Shown piece after piece: positions 47,389 to 53,987 of a stretch of DNA of 53,987 bases. Every line of letters begins with the position of its first letter. Position 1 is the first letter of the stretch. The notes beneath the pieces are model-generated. The model did not search any database. It worked only from the letters and a program-made list of their open reading frames with translations, and was not told where the DNA came from. The DNA lies in NCBI GenBank assembly GCA_937128055.1, contig CAKZMC010000160.1, forward strand, positions 1 to 53,987, given 5' to 3'. Origin of the DNA: an uncultured Actinomycetes bacterium (GTDB lineage: Bacteria; Actinomycetota; Geothermincolia; Geothermincolales; RBG-13-55-18). The position numbers were made by a program, and so were the translations under genes.

Positions 47389-47996
47389 AGATCGCCCGCC
47401 GCGATTTCCTCGCCCTCGGCCTGACGGGGGCCGCGGCCGCTTTCCTCCACGGTATCCTGCGCCGGGAAGCCTCCGCCGCCCCCCTGCTGCGCCCCCCGGG
47501 AGCACAGGACGAGGAGGAGTTCCTCTCCCGCTGCCTGCGCTGCCAGGAATGCGTGCGCGCCTGCCTCACGGAATGCCTGGAGCCGGCGGGTAAGGAATAC
47601 GGCGCCGCGGCGCTCTGGACGCCGCGCCTCAACCCGGTCCTCGCCAAGTGCGAGTTCGAGCTGTGCGGCAGGGCCTGCGCTCGCGCCTGCCCCGTGGGGG
47701 CCATACGGCGTCCCGCGGACGAGGAGGTGCGCATAGGCACGGCATCCGTGAACCGTTCCAAGTGCATCGCCTGGAACGAGGGGAAATCATGCCTGGTCTG
47801 CTACGAGCGCTGTTCCTACCAGGCCATAGAGGTCGACTCACGCGGCCGCCCGCGAGTGGTCGCCGAGAGGTGCACCGGATGCGGGGCCTGCCAGAACACC
47901 TGCGTGACCTGCCCCGACCCCGCCATCGTGGTCTACCCGCCGGGGGAGATCCCAGGGGGCGGCGGCGGGAAGGGAAAGCAAGTCAAGCAAAACTGA
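47376..47996 (+). CDS. 4Fe-4S dicluster protein (MauM/NapG-like)
   Basis: RRDFL, LRPPGA and four Cys-cluster motifs. Confidence 0.88.
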   Translation: MRGVKIARRDFLALGLTGAAAAFLHGILRREASAAPLLRPPGAQDEEEFLSRCLRCQECVRACLTECLEPAGKEYGAAALWTPRLNPVLAKCEFELCGRACARACPVGAIRRPADEEVRIGTASVNRSKCIAWNEGKSCLVCYERCSYQAIEVDSRGRPRVVAERCTGCGACQNTCVTCPDPAIVVYPPGEIPGGGGGKGKQVKQN

Positions 47997-48381
47997 CGAG
48001 GCCAACGTTCCGGTCAACACTTGGGGTCGGGACTCATCTATTGCCTTTTTCAAGGCCATGCCGCCGGACAGTGGCCTCGCTCCTCGTTCATGTCTTGGGT
48101 GGGTAAGCGGGGGCGCGCCTCCGATCGCGGGTGAGCGGGGAAGCGCCTCCGATCTTCGCTCTTATGCATGGGCCTGGGAAAACACATCTATCACCAAGAT
48201 CGAAGGTCGAGGACAGGACCCCCATTGCATCTCCATGTGCGCGGGAGGCGATAATTACTCAAGCGTTTCCCCGTTGCTGCCGGGAAAGACGCCGCTTCGG
48301 CCATTCTCGGCAAAACGGACGCGCAAAACGGATATAATTAGAAAAATGTGAGACCCGGTCGCCCGTGAGGAAAGGAGCCCC

Positions 48382-49515
48382 ATGGATGTGCAAGCCACCG
48401 TCGAGGAATGCCTGGAGTTATGGCGGAACCCCTATCCGCAGCTGGCGCGCCTGCGCGAGGAAGGGGAGAGGCCGGTGGCGTTCTTCTGCTCCTACACGCC
48501 GGAAGAGATATTGCATGCGGCCGGCCTGACCCCCGTGCGCCTCATGGGGGCGGTGCGCACCATCACCCACGCCGATGCCCACCTGCAGCCCTACTGCTGC
48601 TCGCTTGCCCGCACCGACCTTGATATGGCCTTGGCGGGAGAGCTGGGTTTCCTGGAGGGGGAGGTGTTCGTGCAGACCTGCGACACCATGATGCGCCTCT
48701 CGGATATCTGGCGACGCAACGCGGGACTTTCCTTCCACGGCGACCTGGTGCTCCCTATTCGCATGGGGGAAGAGATATCCCTGCCCTTCATCGTCGAGGA
48801 GGTACGCCGCTTCCGGAAGCAGGTGGAGTCGTTCATCGGGCGAGAGATATGGGACGACGCCATAGAGGAGAGCATGCACGTCTACAACCGCAACCGGCGC
48901 CTGGCGGAAAGGCTCTACGGGCTGCGGCGCGAGAACCCGGGCATCCTGGACGGGCTCTCGGCCACCGCCTGCCTGGTGGCCGGGTTCTGGATGCGCAGGG
49001 ATAAGCACAACGAGCTGCTGCACGAGCTGGTTGAGGAGCTGGGGAAAGGAAGAATATCCCAGGAGGAGAGGGTGCCCCTGCTGGTGAGCGGCAGCGTTTG
49101 CACCATGCCGGACCTGCCGGAACTCCTGCTCGAGCTGGGGGCGGACATGGTGGACGACGATCTCTGCTGCGGTCACCGCTACTTCGACGCCTTCGCCGAC
49201 GAGTCCGTCTCCCCCGAGGAGGCCCTGGCGAAACGCATGTGGGAGCGGGTCAACTGCCCTGCCAAGCACCAGTGCATAGAGGACCGCGCCGAACGCCTCA
49301 TGCGGCAAGTGGGCGACTGCGGCGCCAAGGGGGTGGTTTTCTACCTGCAGTCCTTCTGCGAGCCGCACCTCTTCGACATCCCTTACCTGCGGGGGCGGCT
49401 GCAGGAGGAGCTCGGGGTGCCCTCGCTGGTGCTGGAAAGCGAATTGCAGTCCTTCTCGCGGGGGCAGTTGCGCACCCGCCTGCAGGCCTTCATCGAGACC
49501 ATAAGAGGAGTTTAG
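48382..49515 (+). CDS. 2-hydroxyacyl-CoA dehydratase / benzoyl-CoA reductase family subunit
   Basis: CSYTPEEI, TCDTM, DDLCCG, FCEPH and RTRLQAF motifs. Confidence 0.88.
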   Translation: MDVQATVEECLELWRNPYPQLARLREEGERPVAFFCSYTPEEILHAAGLTPVRLMGAVRTITHADAHLQPYCCSLARTDLDMALAGELGFLEGEVFVQTCDTMMRLSDIWRRNAGLSFHGDLVLPIRMGEEISLPFIVEEVRRFRKQVESFIGREIWDDAIEESMHVYNRNRRLAERLYGLRRENPGILDGLSATACLVAGFWMRRDKHNELLHELVEELGKGRISQEERVPLLVSGSVCTMPDLPELLLELGADMVDDDLCCGHRYFDAFADESVSPEEALAKRMWERVNCPAKHQCIEDRAERLMRQVGDCGAKGVVFYLQSFCEPHLFDIPYLRGRLQEELGVPSLVLESELQSFSRGQLRTRLQAFIETIRGV

Positions 49516-49525
49516 GGGGTTCACG

Positions 49526-50779
49526 ATGAGCAGCGATGGAAACGCGGACGCCAGGGCGGCGGACAAGGAACGGAGGCGCATCAAATCCACCGAGGCCATG
49601 CGGGACCTCATGGTCAAATACTACACGGAGGCCAAGGCGGCGGAGGGCACGGATAAGCATATCGCCTGGATCACCAGCGGCGCGCCCGTGGAGCCCCTCA
49701 TCGCCTTCGACGTCATCCCCGTCTACCCGGAGAACCACGGGGCCATGTGCGGTGCCGCCCATATGAACGTGGAGCTGTGCGAGGCGGCGGAGGCGCGAGG
49801 CTTCTCGCGCGACCTCTGCTCCTACGCCCGCGGGGACATCGGGAGCGCCCTCACCAAAGGGGGGCCCATCGGGGGGCTGCCCCGCCCCACCTTCCTGATC
49901 GCCTGCAACAACATCTGCAACACCGTTTTCAAATGGTACGAGGAACTCTCGCGCTTCTTCGGGGTGCCCCTCTTCATCTACGACACTCCCTTCGTGCGCG
50001 GGGAGCTGCCCGCGCACATCGCCGACTACTCCCTCCGGCAGATGAAGGAATACATTTCCTTCCTGGAAAAAACAACCAATAAGGAATACGATGAGCAGCA
50101 CTTCGTCGAGGTGGCCGCGAAATCACTCTTCGCCTCCGGGCTGTGGGCGGAGGTGCTGGCCTGCAACCAGCACCGGCCCGCGCCCATGACCTGTTTCGAC
50201 GCCTTCATCATGATGGCCCCCATCGTCACCCTGCGCGGCACGCAGGAGGTGGTCGATTTTTACCAGGGATTGCTCGCCGAGATGCGGGAACGCGTGGAGC
50301 AGGGCATCGGCATACTGCCCTCGGAGAGGTACCGCGTGCTCTGGGACAACATCCCCGTCTGGTACGAGCTGCGCAACCTGGGGAGGCTCTTCCTGGAGCT
50401 GGAGACCTGCCTGGTGGCGGACACCTACACCAGCGCCTGGACCTTCGAAGACGTGGACCCGTCCGACCCCCTGGGCAGCATGTCCAAGATCTACGCCGAG
50501 GTTTACCTGAACATAAACCTGGAGCGCATGGCGGACAAGATAGAATCGCTGGCTGCCCGCTTCGACGTCGACGGCATGATCATGCACTCCAACCGGAGCT
50601 GCAAGCCCTACTCCCTGGGCCAGTACGACCTGGCCAAGGAGTTCACGCGCCGCACCGGCAAGCCGACCCTCGTCATCGAGGCCGACCACACCGACTCGCG
50701 CTGGTACAACCGCGCCGAGGTGGAAACCCGCATCCGCGACTTCGTGGAGAACCTCCTGGGAGGCGGCGTCGGCCTTTGA
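49526..50779 (+). CDS. 2-hydroxyacyl-CoA dehydratase / benzoyl-CoA reductase family subunit
   Basis: YPENH, DLCSYAR, NNICNT..KW, NRSCK and IEADHTD motifs. Confidence 0.9.
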   Translation: MSSDGNADARAADKERRRIKSTEAMRDLMVKYYTEAKAAEGTDKHIAWITSGAPVEPLIAFDVIPVYPENHGAMCGAAHMNVELCEAAEARGFSRDLCSYARGDIGSALTKGGPIGGLPRPTFLIACNNICNTVFKWYEELSRFFGVPLFIYDTPFVRGELPAHIADYSLRQMKEYISFLEKTTNKEYDEQHFVEVAAKSLFASGLWAEVLACNQHRPAPMTCFDAFIMMAPIVTLRGTQEVVDFYQGLLAEMRERVEQGIGILPSERYRVLWDNIPVWYELRNLGRLFLELETCLVADTYTSAWTFEDVDPSDPLGSMSKIYAEVYLNINLERMADKIESLAARFDVDGMIMHSNRSCKPYSLGQYDLAKEFTRRTGKPTLVIEADHTDSRWYNRAEVETRIRDFVENLLGGGVGL

Positions 50780-50981
50780 TGGAGACGCGCTCTCCCCGGC
50801 TCGCGGCCGCCATAACGGGGGCCGCCTTCTCCCCCGCATATCCTGGTGACGGTCCGTGCCTGGGCGGCGCTGCGAGGCGGTCTTTTTCAGGTTTGCGATG
50901 CCAAATGCGGGATGGGATAATTCTTATCGTGGCACATTATCGAGGCGCGCACCGCGAAGTGTGGCCGTCCTCGGAGGAAAC

Positions 50982-52847
50982 ATGCGAACGGAAAAAGTCG
51001 GAGCGCTTCTCATCGCCGTGGTGGGCGCCTTGCTCTGCGCAGTCCTGTCGGGCTCCGCAGTGATCGCCGCAAACGGCCCGCCTCCCCCCGGCACTTCCCC
51101 CGCGCTTGACGTGGGTGGGGGGACGGGGGGTCGGGACGGCGCAGGTCCCATGCCTGCGGGAGCGACCCGCCGACAGGTCGGCGCCTCCGAGAAGAAGTGG
51201 GAGTTCGAGCGCTTCGATTCCGAGATCGTGGTACACGACGACGGCTCCTTCACCGTGCGCGAGACGCAGGTGGTGAACTTCACCGGCAGCTTCTCCTTCC
51301 TCACCCGCGACATCCCCACCCGCATGGCCTACTTCGACGAGGGAAGGACCTACGGCAAGGTGCGCGTGAAGGACGTGCAGGTCTACAACCTCGACGGCAC
51401 CCCGTACGACGGCGGCCTGTGGGAGACGGACTCGTACGCGGGCGGCGAGCTGGTCCGCATCAACTTCCAGGCCCGTGACGAGCAGAGGGGATGGATAATC
51501 AGTTACCGCATGCAGGGAGCGATCATCTACGCGGAGGATTACGACCGCCTCTACTGGAACGCGGTCTCCCATGACCGGGCGGCACCCATCAAGCACGCGC
51601 GCATAAGCGTCGAGCTTCCCGCGGAAACGGATATGAGCGCGGTGCGGAGCCTCGATTATTATGGCGATCCCGGCAACAGCTCTCACCGCAGCGGCAGGAG
51701 CGGAAAAACCGTATGGTGGGAGGCGGAGAACATCTATCCCTACACCGATTTCACCATCGACGTCTCTCTCCCCAAGGGCCTCGTCCGCAAGCCGTGGCCC
51801 TACCGCGCCTCCACCCTCTGGCTCATGCTCTTGGTGGCCGCGGGCTGCTTCCTCGGCGCCGTGCTGATCATGCTCGCGCTCTGGTTCTGGAGGGGAAGGG
51901 ATGCCTACGGGGGCCCCCGACCGGGGGTGAGCTACGGGGCGCCGCAAGAGCAGAGGCCGGCGATCGTGGCCATGCTCATGCACCAGCACCCGAGGATCGA
52001 GGACGTGGCGGCGACGGTGGTGGACCTGGCGGTGCGTGGCAAGCTGCGCATCATCGAGGCCCCGGAGGAGAAGATCCCGGGGAGAAAGAGTTTCGTCTTC
52101 GAGCGCAGGGACGCCTCCGAGAAGGATCTGCTCCCCTACGAGCGCACGCTCATGAAAGCGATCTTCGCCGCGGGGGAGAGGGTGGAGGAGGACGACCTCA
52201 AGGTGGGAACCAGGTTCCTCTCCATCGTGAACGCGGTGAGGAAGGAAGTGAAGAAAAGGAGGCTTTTCCACGATGACCCCGAGAGGACGGTCGGCACCTA
52301 TTTCCGGACGGCCAGAGCCGTCCTGCTCATACCGCCGCTGGTCCTCTTCATCCTGCGCTTCTGCATGGACATGGGGTACCTCTGGGTGCTGCTGGCGGGC
52401 ACGCTTGCCGCGGGCGTAGCCGTGTGGGTGATCGGCCATGCCATGCCCAAGCGCACCGCGATCGGATCGCGGCTCTTCTGGCAAGCCATGGGATTCCGGG
52501 AATACCTCAGGACCGCGGAGGCGGGGGAGCCGGAATCCATGACCCTGCAGAGCTTCCAGGAGAACCTCCCTTATGCCATGGTCATGGGAATGGCCGACAG
52601 GTGGGCCGCCCTCTTCGCGGACGTCCTGACCTCCTCGCCGGAATGGTATAGCGGGGCGGAGCCCGCTTTCAGCACCACGAGGCTTGCCTCGAGCTTGAAC
52701 GGCATGGCCACCACCCTCTACATCAGCGGGCTGCCCAAGGCCTCATCGTCGAGCAGTTCCGCTTTTCACTCCGGCTTCGGCGGCGGAGGCTTCGGGGGAG
52801 GCTCGTCGGGTGGCGGCTTCGGCGGGGGAGGTTCCTCCGCCGGCTGA
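50982..52847 (+). CDS. DUF2207 membrane protein
   Basis: LYWNA, TVVDLAVRG, GFREYL and LPYAMVMG motifs; Gly/Ser-rich tail GGGFGGGGSSAG. Confidence 0.88.
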   Translation: MRTEKVGALLIAVVGALLCAVLSGSAVIAANGPPPPGTSPALDVGGGTGGRDGAGPMPAGATRRQVGASEKKWEFERFDSEIVVHDDGSFTVRETQVVNFTGSFSFLTRDIPTRMAYFDEGRTYGKVRVKDVQVYNLDGTPYDGGLWETDSYAGGELVRINFQARDEQRGWIISYRMQGAIIYAEDYDRLYWNAVSHDRAAPIKHARISVELPAETDMSAVRSLDYYGDPGNSSHRSGRSGKTVWWEAENIYPYTDFTIDVSLPKGLVRKPWPYRASTLWLMLLVAAGCFLGAVLIMLALWFWRGRDAYGGPRPGVSYGAPQEQRPAIVAMLMHQHPRIEDVAATVVDLAVRGKLRIIEAPEEKIPGRKSFVFERRDASEKDLLPYERTLMKAIFAAGERVEEDDLKVGTRFLSIVNAVRKEVKKRRLFHDDPERTVGTYFRTARAVLLIPPLVLFILRFCMDMGYLWVLLAGTLAAGVAVWVIGHAMPKRTAIGSRLFWQAMGFREYLRTAEAGEPESMTLQSFQENLPYAMVMGMADRWAALFADVLTSSPEWYSGAEPAFSTTRLASSLNGMATTLYISGLPKASSSSSSAFHSGFGGGGFGGGSSGGGFGGGGSSAG

Positions 52848-53076
52848 GCCGCGCACGGTCCCGTGACGTGACCGGTACGTGGCACGGCCCGCCGTGGCCG
52901 CCGGCGTGGAGATCGCCGTGCAGGCGCACAGGCCCGGGCACTACCGATACGTGCGCGGGGCGCAGGAAAAGGGAACCCGGCGATAATAGCGTATTTAGTG
53001 GTGGAGCGTCGGAGAACGGGCAAGCCCTTGACCGAGATGTCTGGCGGGCGTGATCGGATCCGGGAAAAGGGACGTT

Positions 53077-53970
53077 ATGCTGGATGACGGCCACCTTATC
53101 GGCTTAGGCGGCCTTTCGGAGGAGGAGGCAGCCCGCCGGCTGCGCGAGGAAGGCCCCAACCTCATCGCCTCCGCGGAGAGGAGAACCGCCTTCCGCATCG
53201 CCCTGGATATCCTCAGGGAACCCATGTTCATCCTTCTCATCGCCGCTGGCGCCGTGTACCTGGTCCTGGGAGACCTGCAGGGGGCGCTCATCCTCATGAG
53301 TTTCGTGGTCCTGGTCCTCTCCATCACCTTCTTCCAGGAGCAGAGGACGGAGCGCGCCCTGGAGGCCCTGCGCGACCTCTCCAGCCCCCGCGCCCTGGTC
53401 ATCAGGGAGGGGAGGCGCAGGCGCATAGCCGGTACGGAGGTTGTGCGCGGGGATATCATAGTCCTGGCCGAGGGAGACCGCGTGCCCGCCGACGGCGTGC
53501 TGGTCGCCTGCTCCAACCTCGCGGTGGACGAGTCCCTCCTCACCGGGGAGGCGGTCCCGGTGCGCAAGCTGCCGCGCGAGGGGCCCGTGGACATGGGAGA
53601 GCCGGGCGGCGAGGATTCGCCCTGGGTCTTCGCCGGTACGCTGGTGGTCAAGGGCCACGGCATCGCCGAGGTAAGGGGCACGGGGGCCTCCAGTGAAATG
53701 GGAAAAATTGGAATATCATTGCGGGAGATATCCCCCGAGCCCACGGCGCTGCAGAGGGAGACCCGCGGCCTGGTCCTGCGCCTGGCGTCCCTGGGGGCCG
53801 TACTCTGCGTCACCGTCTTCGTCGTCTATGGCGCCACCCGCGACGACTGGCTGCAGGGGCTGCTGGTGGGCAATGTCCAGAAGGTGTTGATCAGCATGGG
53901 TCTATGGCTACCCTATCTGCTGCTGTCGAAACGGGTGAACGTCACCTTCCGAAGCCGCGTCCCGGCCTGA
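53077..53970 (+). pseudogene. N-terminal fragment of a cation (Ca2+-like) P-type ATPase with a foreign C-terminus
   Basis: GLSEEEA..L..EGPN, GDRVPADG and VDESLLTGE are present. The ORF ends before PEE/DKTGT, and its last ~34 aa are unrelated to ATPases. Confidence 0.75.
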
Positions 53971-53987
53971 TTATTTCAGCCGCTCCT

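Noticed and set aside
52770-52847. GGC-rich low-complexity repeat
   Set aside because: It encodes the normal Gly/Ser tail of DUF2207 proteins.
148-53890. Many long antisense or alternate-frame ORFs (e.g. 1876-3723, 8394-10436, 45547-47505)
   Set aside because: Shadow ORFs expected from high-GC codon bias; they overlap well-supported genes and carry no motifs.

Overview
High-GC bacterial contig from an anaerobe. An uncultured Actinomycetota lineage such as Ca. Geothermincolia is inferred from the DUF5719-type WYFAEG repeats, the paired CxxC/V4R-like paralogs and the Nif3-zinc ribbon-RNase HI operon. Most of the window is ordinary or semi-ordinary metabolism: a GK5-like FGGY kinase, acyl-CoA dehydrogenases with MerR/TetR regulators, a PAS hybrid kinase, RNase D, rml genes, FAD/Fe-S oxidoreductases, a DUF362-polyferredoxin cluster and 2-hydroxyacyl-CoA dehydratase subunits. 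The standout is an ~8 kb accessory region at 21.9-29.8 kb anchored on a tRNA-Val(TAC). It is punctuated by tRNA-3'-end-derived sites (TTAA-like core + CGCCCACCA) that delimit ~93-bp empty units and gene-loaded units: a decayed membrane-protein gene, a GntR + atypical glycyl radical enzyme + activase module, and an AbrB-Doc toxin-antitoxin pair. Flipping the 6.1 kb between the palindromic TTAA cores at 23537 and 29633 turns the region into a head-to-tail array co-oriented with the tRNA and restores the CCA end of a degenerate tRNA copy. This suggests a tRNA-anchored, integron-like cassette array with a site-specific inversion. No recombinase is encoded in the window. All calls come from reading motifs by eye; no database searches were run.
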